Assembly: GCA_964291215.2 (NCBI GenBank)
Contig: OZ219790.1
Coordinates: forward strand, 416,001 to 480,000
Direction: 5' to 3'
DNA length: 64,000 nt
From: Alphaproteobacteria bacterium
Lineage (GTDB): Bacteria; Pseudomonadota; Alphaproteobacteria; MPNO01; UBA830
The position numbers were made by a program, and so were the translations under genes. A model generated the notes under the pieces. That model was given only the letters and a program-made list of their open reading frames with translations. It did no database searches and was not told the origin of the DNA. Shown here in pieces: positions 30,544 through 40,082 of the stretch; within the stretch, counting starts at the first letter, position 1, and every line of letters begins with the position of its first letter.

Positions 30544-31625
30544 CGCCCGCTCTCCTTCCCGGTCATGGCCTCGTGGACGATGCCGGAGATGCGCCCGGCC
30601 GCCTCGCGGACATGCTCGTCGGCGAGATGGGCGTAGCGTTCGGTGGAGGCGGTATCGGCATGGCCGAGCAGGCGGCCGACGGTGTAGAGGTCGAGGCCGC
30701 TCATCACGGCATGGGAGGCGAAGGTATGTCGGCAGTCGTGGATGCGCACATCGTCCAGCCCGGCGAGACCGCGCAGCTTCTGCCAGCGCAGGCCGAGGTC
30801 GGTCATCGGGCCGTCGCCCTTCCCGTTCGGGAAGACGAAGCGTCCCTCGCGCGGCAGGCCAGTCAGGACGGCCCGCGGGGGAAGCTGGAGCGCCCGGTCT
30901 TGGAGTCCGGCAACACCGCGCGGGTGTCCCGTATCCAGTCCCATTGCAGGCCGGCGATCTCGGACGACCGGGCGCCGGTGAACAGCAGCAGGCGGCCTGC
31001 CGGTCCTCGGCATGGTCGAGGACGAAGCCGAGGCGCTTCAACTCGTCCAGGGACAGGAACCGCTCGCGCGGCGCCGTCCTGTAGCGCCGCATGTTGCGGC
31101 AGGGGTTGGAGCCCTGCGGGCGAAGGTCCCATAGCTCCGCCTGGCGCATCATCACCGAGAGCACCGGCAGGGTCCGGTTGGCGCTGCCGGGGGTTCCGCT
31201 GAGGGAATCGAACCAGCGCCGCACATCGGCGCGGTCGATCTTCGCGACGGGCATCGCGCCGAAGAAGGGCACGAGGCGGCGCTCGATCAGATGGGCGTTG
31301 GCCTTCCTCGTGGAGGGTTTCCAGCGCCGCCCCTGGCGGCGCATGAAGTCGGCCGCGAAGTCGGCGAACAGCGGCCCGGTCTCGCGGTCGGCCCCGGCTT
31401 CGGCGATGGCGGCAAGGGCCTTCTCCCTCGCCTCGGCGGCGGTCATGTCGTCGGTCGTGCCGAGGATCGCCCTGGGCGCGCCGAACTGGCGTGAGGTCCA
31501 GACGAAGAAGGTCTTCGTCCCGGCGACGGTGAAGCCGAAGGCGGGCAGGTCCCTGACGGTCAGGCCGTATCCGGGTTTCTTCTCCCTGAAGGTGCGGCGG
31601 ACCGTCCGCTCGTTGATGGGGGCAT
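30540..31625 (-). pseudogene. Second, upstream tandem tyrosine integrase with several frameshifts and deletions
   Basis: LLLFTGARSSEI, DSKTG, RIHDCRHTFAS and LLGHA..TERY spread over three frames. ATGA coupling to the downstream integrase. Confidence 0.85.
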
Positions 31626-31806
31626 GGATGCGCGTGTCTCCGTTGTCTGTTCCCTCGGGCGCCGTCCGTCCCGGGGGAACGGAACGGCGCTCCTGAACGG
31701 ACAACGCGACCCGCGCGCGAAACCGCGGTCAGAGGCCGGGCCAGGCCCAACCGTCTGTCACGCAACGGAAAACTGCCGACCGATGCAGGCCGGCCGGGCC
31801 TCGCTC

Positions 31807-31833
31807 CCTGCATCAAGGATGCGTCTGGTGTGA
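31807..31833. repeat. Conserved 27-bp cis element, copy 2
   Basis: CCTGCATCAAGGATGCGTCTGGTGTGA; compare 5821-5847. Confidence 0.75.
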
Positions 31834-32281
31834 GAACCGAGGCCGCCCCGGGCGGTCCGAAGCGGCCTGATTTGCTGCATTGACGGTGGGGGGATCGACG
31901 CCGGCGAGAGCGGCGGAGGGAAGCCGCCGCGGCGTGTGAGCGGCGAGCTGTGCGGCCGGAGGTGCAGGCAGTGGTGCGCAGCACGCTGCCGAAGGCTCGG
32001 GCGGTCATGTCCGCACTTTTGCGGACAGCGTTGCACGGCGTGGTGCGGAGCGCGGTGTGCGGCGGAGCCGTCACCGGCGAGGCACGGAATGCAGCGGCGG
32101 CGAGCCGGGGCGGTGCCCGCAGCCGGCGCAGCCGGCCAGGGCGAGCGGGGCGCGTTCGCCGACGAGCGCGGTGCGCAGCGCCGGCGCGAGGAGACCGTTG
32201 CGGTCAGGCGGGCGGTGTGCGCATACGAAAACGGGCCACGCCGCCGCCGGAGCGACGACATGGCCCGTCGAGGTGCTGCGG

Positions 32282-33201
32282 TCAGGCGGCGCAGCGCTGC
32301 ACGGGGATGCCGAGGCTGCGGGCCTTGTCGACGAGGTTGTCGGTGATGCCGGAGCCGGGGAAGGCGATGACGCCCTTCGGCAGGAGGTTGAGCAGTTCGT
32401 CGTTGCGGCGGAACGGGGCGGCGCGACCGTGCCTGTCCCAGTCGGGCTTGCAGACGACCTGGTGGACGCCGTTGCGCTCGGCCCAGCTTGCGGCGATCTT
32501 CTCGACGCCGGGGCCGCCGCCGTGGACGAGGACGAGGTCGGCATACTTGGCGCGGACCTTGTCGAGGCGCTTGATGACCGCCGCCGGGTTTGCGATGTCC
32601 TTTCCGCCGGCGATGGCGACGAGGGTGCCCTGCGGCAGGTGGGCCTGTGTCTTGCGGTCCTTGCGGGCGCGGACGAAGTCGCGGGCGTCGATGGCTGCGG
32701 AGGTCAGATGTCCGGTCTGGCTGGCGTGGCTGCCGCGCCGGGGCCGCCAAGTGTCGCCGGTGTCTGCGCGGTAGGCTTCGGCGGCCTCGTTGCGCAAGGT
32801 CTCGAAGGCGTCGCGGCGTGCGGTGAGGCACTGTGCGCGGTGAGTTCCAGTTCGAGGGACCTGATCTCGGAGCCGTCCTGTGTGCGCTGGAGGTCCTGGA
32901 GTTCGGGGGTGAGCCTGTCGACGCTGCGGTCGAGGCGCTGCGTCTGGGCGTGGAGCATGTTGACGAAGCCCCAGAGCAGGCTCTCGCGTTCGTCTGCCAT
33001 CTGGTAGCCATCGGGCGCGACGCCCTGGCTGAGGATGCGGAAGGCTTCGTTGACGGCGGCGATGGCATCGTCCTCGTCCCAGACGTCGCGGGTGTCGAAC
33101 TCGTCGCGCTCGGGGGTTGCGCCGAAGAGTGCGGCGTTGTCGCAGACGATCGCGGTTGCGGACTGCGCTGCGGTTTCGGTGGTATCGGTATGGAAGGTCA
33201 T
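32282..33201 (-). pseudogene. Full-length DUF2493/SLOG protein, frameshifted near 32825
   Basis: N-terminal part in ORF 32704-33201 (ERESLLWGFVNMLH) and SLOG part in ORF 32282-33463. Confidence 0.8.
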
Positions 33202-33571
33202 GTCGTTTTCCTTTCGGTTTCACGTTCGGGGCCGATCCCCGTTGTGATGTCCTGTCGGGGCACGCGCGCGCAGCAGAAGCACCCGGGCGTAGAAGCTCTT
33301 GGGCGGAGTGGTGCGGAAAGTCGGCGATGGTGCGGAAGATCGCCCTGCGATCTTCACGGTCGTCGACTTTCACGGTCCGCCCGTAGAGCTTCTTGCCCGG
33401 GCCGCAGGGAGCGGAGCGACCGGAGGACCCCGCAGGGGTTGCTGTCGCGAGCACGTGTGACACGATTGGAGATCACAGCGGGGTGGCGTATTTCTCTCCC
33501 CCTGCACGGACCCCATCGGCGGTTCGGCCGGCACGGCGCCGGGGCGGAGGGTGCCGCCGCCCGCCCTTGAG

Positions 33572-33799
33572 TCAGCCCCACAGGAGATGGGAGTGGACCC
33601 GCTGCCGGGCGGTCTCGCGGATGCGGGCGCGGTCGTGGAGATACACCGGCCCGCGCGGGTCCTCGTCGAGATGTATGGCGAACACCCTGCGCCCCGGCCG
33701 GGTGCTGTCGTCGAAGGCGTGGACATCTCCGACATGGTCGCCGTCCCGGTAGATGCGGGATTCGTCGGGGGCGATGCGGCGGAAGGAGATGGTGCTCAT
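33572..33799 (-). CDS. Conserved hypothetical protein (75 aa), copy 2
   Basis: Paralog of 7668-7895. ATGA overlap with the DUF4326 gene. Confidence 0.7.
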   Translation of the reverse strand: MSTISFRRIAPDESRIYRDGDHVGDVHAFDDSTRPGRRVFAIHLDEDPRGPVYLHDRARIRETARQRVHSHLLWG

Positions 33800-34146
33800 G
33801 ACGCGCCTCCTTCCGTCCGGCCGGTGTTGCGCTGCGCCAGCTGCCCGGATGCCCATTCTGCGGCCCGGGCGAGGACATCGCCGTGGCAGGGCAGCGGCTC
33901 GCACCAGCAGGCGAGCCAGCAGCCGTCCAGTTCGGCCAGCTCTTCGAGGGTAATCTCGCCCGCGCGGATGCGACGCCAGAGGTCGGCGCGGTAGCGGGTG
34001 ATCGCCTGCGCGCGGTCCTGGCCGATGCGGAACGGATTGCCCCATTTGGTGCGGCGGTCGATCAGCACGGTGTTGTCGACGACATGCGCGTATTCGAACT
34101 CTTCGCGCAGCCGGGTCTCGGTCTTCAGGTTGACGACGGCTTTCAT
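33796..34146 (-). CDS. DUF4326-domain protein
   Basis: IDRRTKWGNPF..LACWCEPLPCHGDVL signature. Confidence 0.88.
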   Translation of the reverse strand: MKAVVNLKTETRLREEFEYAHVVDNTVLIDRRTKWGNPFRIGQDRAQAITRYRADLWRRIRAGEITLEELAELDGCWLACWCEPLPCHGDVLARAAEWASGQLAQRNTGRTEGGAS

Positions 34147-34172
34147 GGACTCCCTCCACTCTTCAGGTCGGC

Positions 34173-35282
34173 TTACCCGACCCTCCGCTCTCCTCTTCCT
34201 CCCCCGGACCGGGAGCCCGCGCCGGCCTGCGGGCCGGTGGCGCAGGAGGGGGTGCGGAACAGCGGCGCGAAGCGGGCGCGGAGCGTTGCCGGGCCGAGGG
34301 CGACGAGGTCGTCGTTGAAGTCGTTGCCGGCGGGCAGGATCACCGTGGCGGCGACGCCGGCCCGCGCGCAGCGCCGGGCGAGGCGTTCGGCCGCGAGCGC
34401 GCCGTGCCCGTCATTGTCCTGCGCGATGACCAGCCGCGCGAGGCCGGGCGGCGGCGCGAACGCGCCGAGGCTCCCGGCGGAGAGCGCGGCGGCGGCCGTG
34501 ATCTCGGGCACGGCGGCGACCAGCGAGAGTACCGTCTCGATGCCCTCGCCGACGACGAGCGGTGCGTGACCGGCAGGCGCGCCGAAGCGCACCGCGAGGC
34601 CGTGGATGCGTCCGAGCGCCTTGCGCGGCGACGGCCGCCTTGGCGGGCGCGCGGGGATCGAGCCAGGTGCGCTGCACGCCGAGGACGGCGCCGTCGTCGC
34701 CGGTGACGGCGGCGACCAGCGCCGGGAAGCAGCGCACCGCCGGGCCTTCGCGGTAGCGAAGCTCCGGGTGATAGCGCAGCGCCGCGAAACGGCAGCGCGC
34801 GAGGCCCCGGGCGTGGAGATAACGCTCGGCATGGGTGGCGTCGATGGCGCGGCAGCGCCGCCACAGGCGGCGGGCAGCCTCTGTCGCGTCCCAGGGTGCG
34901 TCCGGGGTTCCCGGATACCCGGAACAGGTCCGGGCACTGTCCGGGGCAGGCTCCAGGGCGAGGAAGGCGCGCGCCTCGTCGAGCGCCGCGCGCAGCGTCG
35001 GCGCGCCCGAGCGGTAGCGGACCAGATCGAGCAGGTCGCCGTGCGTGCCCCGGGCCGCATCGGTCCACTTCCCCGGCGTGCCGGGTCCTGGAGGGACATC
35101 CCGAACGCCGGTTCCGGGAAGAGGCTTGCGAAGCCGTGCACCGGACAGGCCGCGCCCCTGTCGGGGCAGCGGATGGCGCGCTCGTCCTCGGCGGTCTCGC
35201 GGACGGTGCGACGGTCGACGCCGAGTTCGGCGAGCAGGTCGCAGCCGAGCGGAAGGTCGAGGGATGTATCGGGATGAAACAT
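34173..35282 (-). pseudogene. Toprim-domain primase-like protein, frameshifted
   Basis: GKWTDAA..GDLLDL, AERYLHARG, PALVAAV..GVQRTWL, VGEGIET, IAQDND and GNDFNDDL across frames. Confidence 0.82.
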
Positions 35283-35372
35283 GGGCGGGAACTCCTCTGC
35301 CGGTGTCCGATCCGGCATCGGCGCGGGGAGTTTCTCTCCTCCGCCCTGCCGGACACTCGCCCGGCAGGCGCC

Positions 35373-35918
35373 TCACTCCTCTCTACGCGGGGGGACGGCG
35401 CGGCGGATCGCGGCCAGGCGCTCGCAGACGGCGCGCGGCGGCATCGACCCCAGGTTCAGCACCGGGATGCCGCGGGTCCGGGCGATGCGGATGGCCATGC
35501 CCGTGCCGCCGATTGACGCGCCGCGTTCGCTCCAGCACATGACCGCATCGACCGGGCGCTCCAGGGTCCCGCCGAGCACCACCGCCGCGTTCCGGGCATG
35601 CAGCTTGCGCACGGCCGGCGAACAGTGCTCCCAGGCCGGATGCAGGGGCGCCGCGATCTCCAGGCTTGCCGCCATCGCCGCCGGAGACAGGGTCCGGCAG
35701 TCGGCGCCGCGATGCCCGTTATAGCCCCGCCACGGCAGCCAGATCGTCCGCTGCTCTGCTGACGCTCCCGCCGCAAACGCCGCATCGGCGCCGCCCGCTC
35801 CGCCGCTCGACAGATGCCAGCCGGTCCGAGCCAGCCATCCCGCCATCGTGGTCATGTCGGCCAGCATCCCCGTCGGCGTCGCCCGCGCCCCGATCCCCGC
35901 ATAGGTCAATGTCGTCAT
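35373..35918 (-). CDS. DprA/YspA-like SLOG-fold protein (181 aa)
   Basis: YAGIGAR..SSGGAGGADAAF..LHARN..GGTGMAIRIA..IPVLN. Confidence 0.75.
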   Translation of the reverse strand: MTTLTYAGIGARATPTGMLADMTTMAGWLARTGWHLSSGGAGGADAAFAAGASAEQRTIWLPWRGYNGHRGADCRTLSPAAMAASLEIAAPLHPAWEHCSPAVRKLHARNAAVVLGGTLERPVDAVMCWSERGASIGGTGMAIRIARTRGIPVLNLGSMPPRAVCERLAAIRRAVPPRREE

Positions 35919-36534
35919 GGTCCGATCTCCCCGGTTGCGTCCGCCGCGACTCCCTCCCGGTCAACGGCTTCGCTCCCGAACCGCCTTTCTCCACCTCTGC
36001 GGCGCGAACGGGTCGGCCTCGCCTGCATTGCCGCGCTGCCCGGGGCATCGGTGCGCATGAACGGGCGGGGATCGATGGCGCGGCGCGGCGCGGGTGACGA
36101 CAGACGGCGGCGGGCCGGCAGCGGAGCATGGCCGCCATGTGCGAGCCCCCATGGGTCGCCGGACAGCACGGGCCGGCGGCGCAGCAGGAAGACGAACACG
36201 GTCGGGCCGCCTGTTCCGTCCGGCGAAGGCGACATGGCGAAGGCAACGATCGGAGGGCGGTTCAGCCTCAGTGCCACGGCTCGCTGTCGGGATCGCCGTC
36301 CTCGGCGCGCATGGAGGCGGCAACCATGGCGGTCCAGGCTTCGCGGTCGTAACCGAGCCTTCGGTTCAGTTTGTCGCAGCTATGGAAAGCTTTCCATAGC
36401 TGCGATTATGGTGACAACAAGACTATGGTGAGTTGCAGAGATAAAGCCTTGAAATAAAGAGCGAGTCGCTCCGGATCGCTTTCCATAGTATCAGCATTCT
36501 CCTCGCGTCAACCCAATTGCGAAGGAGAATGAAA

Positions 36535-38100
36535 ATGCGATCAATAAGCGAACCAGGGTGTTCATGGCACGTCATCAACGACCTGCATGCCGGGTTGTTG
36601 TCGGAGTTTCACATTTATCTGCAACAAGCAGGTAATTCTGAGAACTCCATCCGGTTTTATCTCGGTACAGCAAGGCATTTCCTAGCTTGGCTGAAGGCGG
36701 ACGGGACCACGCTGGAAACCATTGATAATTCAGTTCTGTTAGCTTTCCGGGACCATGATTGCGACTGTTTCGTGTCGACGCAAGGGTTTCCATGGCCGAA
36801 GCGGGAACCCGGGCTTGGCAAGACAAGCATGTTGCAGGCTATCCGCTTTGTGAATTTCCTGGAAAGCAGCGGCAGAACCTGGCATCCCGGCGAGATTCGA
36901 ATTGGCATTCAATACCTTGAAGATTATAGCGAACAATGTTCGGAACTGGGGTATCGAGAAAGGACCCTTCGTGACTTGAAGTTTTACATCCGCCACTTTC
37001 TGGTGTGGCTCTACCGAACAAGAACTTCGATAAAGTCGATCAACTCGAACATTATAGAGTCGTTTCTCAGTCACGACTGCTTGTGCCACAACTACGCTTT
37101 AACCCCCAACAAGCTCAGAAGGGCCAAGACCTGCGAATCGACTGTCAAGGACTTTGCAAATTACCTCGCCGAGCAGGGTGTCGCATCAGCGGCCGCTGCG
37201 AAATCACAGCAAGGAAGACCTCGAAAACTGGAGGGGTTTTGCGTCTGGCTTGAACAGCATCGCGGCATATCAACATCGACCATCGAGGTACATGATCACT
37301 ATGCGTCGATTGTTGTCGGCAATCTTGGAACCGACACGAACCAGTACGATGCCGCTTTGGTCCGTCAAGTTCTGCTCCGCGAATTTGCCAGTAGCGGCTT
37401 GGGCCGTGCGAAGGCCATGACTTGTTCCACACGCATGTACCTGCGCTTTCTCGCGTCGACCGGTGCGTGTTCTCCTGGCCTCGTCAACTCAGTTCCATCC
37501 CCAGCGTTTTGGCGGCTCTCGACGCTGCCGCGTTACATACCCATGGAAGATGTCGAACAGATGATCGCATCCTGCGATGTGAACACGCCTGGAGGCGTGC
37601 GTGATCGCGCCATCCTGCTTCTACTTGCGAGGTTGGGTCTGCGTGCTGGAGATATCTGCGAACTTGGGCCCTCGGACATCGATTGGGTCAACGCCGAAAT
37701 CCATGTCTGCGGCAAGACGAGGCGGTCTGTGGCATTGCCGCTCCCACAAGACGTTGGCGATGCGGTGTTGCATTACATTCGCACAGCTCGTCCGACCGCC
37801 GCGACATCAAAGCTGTTTCTGTGCCTGAATGCGCCACATCGGCCTTTCGCCGATTCCAGCGCTGTGTCGATGATAGTCGCGGCCGCCCTCAAGCGCGCAG
37901 GTATAAATAGGCCACGCGGTCGAGGTGCCCATCTTCTGCGCCATTCTCTGGCCACAGACATGCTCCGCTCCGGTGCATCGATGGATACCATAGGAGCGTT
38001 GCTTCGGCACAAGTCTCGGGAAACCACCGCGATCTACGCCAAAGTCGACGTTCCCATGCTCGAAAGTGTGGCTCAGCCGTGGGTCGGAGGCGACCGATGA
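36535..38100 (+). CDS. ritA: RIT tyrosine recombinase A with extended, internally duplicated N-terminus
   Basis: RDRAILLLLARLGLRAGD, GAHLLRHSLAT, LRHKS..TAIY. Two HDCxC-containing N-terminal repeats. Confidence 0.88.
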   Translation: MRSISEPGCSWHVINDLHAGLLSEFHIYLQQAGNSENSIRFYLGTARHFLAWLKADGTTLETIDNSVLLAFRDHDCDCFVSTQGFPWPKREPGLGKTSMLQAIRFVNFLESSGRTWHPGEIRIGIQYLEDYSEQCSELGYRERTLRDLKFYIRHFLVWLYRTRTSIKSINSNIIESFLSHDCLCHNYALTPNKLRRAKTCESTVKDFANYLAEQGVASAAAAKSQQGRPRKLEGFCVWLEQHRGISTSTIEVHDHYASIVVGNLGTDTNQYDAALVRQVLLREFASSGLGRAKAMTCSTRMYLRFLASTGACSPGLVNSVPSPAFWRLSTLPRYIPMEDVEQMIASCDVNTPGGVRDRAILLLLARLGLRAGDICELGPSDIDWVNAEIHVCGKTRRSVALPLPQDVGDAVLHYIRTARPTAATSKLFLCLNAPHRPFADSSAVSMIVAAALKRAGINRPRGRGAHLLRHSLATDMLRSGASMDTIGALLRHKSRETTAIYAKVDVPMLESVAQPWVGGDR

Positions 38101-39017
38101 CCATGACTTATCACGTCGAGCGCTACGTCGCTCTCAAACGCCATCTTGGCTTCAAGTTCGTCGGGCAGGGACGAATCCTGGGGACCTACGCCAAGCATGC
38201 GGACGATCACGGCGATGAGTTCATTCTTTGCAACCGGATGATCGAAGCGGCGACCGGAACCGCGAAACTTCCGACCATAAGGACGAGGCTCGCGTTTCTC
38301 CGGAATTTTGCCTTGTGGCTCCACTCAGAAGACGAACGCCACGAAGTCTTGCCCCGGAATGTGCTTGGCCAGCCGGAAACACGACGGCGAACGCCATGCC
38401 TGATGACGCCGGAGGAAATCCGGAAAGTGATGAACGCGGCACTGGACTTGCCGCCTGCGGGTTCAATTACGCCGCACAGCATTTACTACATGATCGGACT
38501 CGCCGCGGCCACGGGAATGCGAGCAAGCGAGGTCGTTTTGCTGACGATATCGGACCTCACCCCCGACGGTGTTGTTATCCAGGAGACAAAGTTCAAGAAA
38601 TCAAGGCTCGTTCCCTTGCACCTTACCGTTCGCAGAGCTCTCGAACGGTATCTGGAGATCCGGAGGCAGAACGGAGCTGTCCACGACCGCCTGTTCGTTC
38701 TATCGAACGGCAATCCGGTTCAACCCGGGTACCTGTCCCAGAAGTTCACCGAACTGGCGATAAAGACAGGAATCAAAAAGGGGCCGGGCGAGGGACCCAG
38801 CTTTCACAGTTTGCGCCATACCTTCGCGGTCAGATCTCTGGAAACGGCCGATACGACCGATCACGCAGACATTAGTCGGCACATCGTGGCTTTGACTACC
38901 TATCTCGGCCACGCTCACATGTCGAGCACCTACTGGTACCTGGAGGCCACTCCGACTCTGCTCCAGTCAATCTCCGACGCTGTCGAGAACGCACATGTGA
39001 AAGGGGTATCGCGATGA
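38097..39017 (+). CDS. ritB: RIT tyrosine recombinase B
   Basis: TGMRASE, TKFKKSRLVPLH, HSLRHTFAV and YLGH..TYWYL. Confidence 0.9.
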   Translation: MTMTYHVERYVALKRHLGFKFVGQGRILGTYAKHADDHGDEFILCNRMIEAATGTAKLPTIRTRLAFLRNFALWLHSEDERHEVLPRNVLGQPETRRRTPCLMTPEEIRKVMNAALDLPPAGSITPHSIYYMIGLAAATGMRASEVVLLTISDLTPDGVVIQETKFKKSRLVPLHLTVRRALERYLEIRRQNGAVHDRLFVLSNGNPVQPGYLSQKFTELAIKTGIKKGPGEGPSFHSLRHTFAVRSLETADTTDHADISRHIVALTTYLGHAHMSSTYWYLEATPTLLQSISDAVENAHVKGVSR

Positions 39018-40006
39018 CGGACCTTGCCCCTTACATCTCTATGTTCCTGCAGCAGCATCTGCCGCGTGACCGAAACGTCAGCCGCCATACAATCGCGAGT
39101 TACGCATACACCTTCGAGTTACTTGTCGACTTCGCCGCGGACAGGTTGGGAATCTGGCCGTCCGAAATGGCGATCGAGCAGATTACGGTAGAACTGGTTC
39201 TCGACTTCCTCGATAGTCTTGAAAAAGAGCGTCAGAATACGGTCCGGACCCGTAATCTCAGGCTTGCGGCGATCAAGTCGTTCTTCCGGTATCTGGAGTT
39301 CAAGGTCCCCGCATGCCTGCATCTGGCGCAACGCGTTCATGCGATCCCCATAAAGAGCTTCGACCAAGCCTTGGTCGATTACCTCGAACGCGATGAGCTG
39401 CAAGCGGTACTGGATGCTCCGGACCCGACGACCGTGAATGGCGTACGGGATCGAGCAATGCTGCACTTGACCTACGCCGCGGGCTTGCGGGTCTCCGAAC
39501 TCATCGGGCTCAAGTGCAACGATATAGCTCCCAATCCGGGGTGGGTTCATGTGATGGGAAAGGGCGACCGCAAATTGCCGGTAAGGAAGGAGACGCGCTC
39601 GCTCTTGGAGGACTGGCTGGCTGTACGGCCGGACTGTATCAGTGACCATCTCTTCCTGAACGCTCGGGGGCGGGCGATGACCCGACATGGGTTCGCGCAC
39701 CGATTGGCTATCCATGTCGCTGCAGCAAAGCAGATAGTGCCGTCGATTGCAGAAAAGCGGGTCAGTCCGCATGTCATTCGACATTCCTGCGCGATCCATA
39801 CCTTGGAAGTGGTCAGAGATCCGCGAAAGGTGTCGTTGTGGCTAGGTCATGCAAGTGTGCAGTCCACCGAAATCTATCTGCGCGCCGAACCGATCCAGAA
39901 ACTCGAAATGCTGGGCGAAATGGTTCCGCCACATATCAGGAAAGGCAGATTCAATAATGTGCCAGACCACTTGATCGCAATGTTCCGTGATCTCAAGAGG
40001 GTCTAA
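39014..40006 (+). CDS. ritC: RIT tyrosine recombinase C
   Basis: RTRNLRLAAIKSFF, GLRVSE, PHVIRHSCA and WLGH..TEIY. The GKGDRKLP loop looks a few residues short. Confidence 0.9.
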   Translation: MTDLAPYISMFLQQHLPRDRNVSRHTIASYAYTFELLVDFAADRLGIWPSEMAIEQITVELVLDFLDSLEKERQNTVRTRNLRLAAIKSFFRYLEFKVPACLHLAQRVHAIPIKSFDQALVDYLERDELQAVLDAPDPTTVNGVRDRAMLHLTYAAGLRVSELIGLKCNDIAPNPGWVHVMGKGDRKLPVRKETRSLLEDWLAVRPDCISDHLFLNARGRAMTRHGFAHRLAIHVAAAKQIVPSIAEKRVSPHVIRHSCAIHTLEVVRDPRKVSLWLGHASVQSTEIYLRAEPIQKLEMLGEMVPPHIRKGRFNNVPDHLIAMFRDLKRV

Positions 40007-40082
40007 CGCTATGGAGATAGTTAAGGCCCTGAAATCCAATGATCACAGGGCCTTATCTCTGCAACTCACCATAGTCTTGTTG

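Noticed and set aside
29188-31704. 838-aa ORF suggesting a double-integrase fusion
   Set aside because: It is a mosaic of the N-termini of two frameshifted integrases, and the catalytic halves are in other frames.
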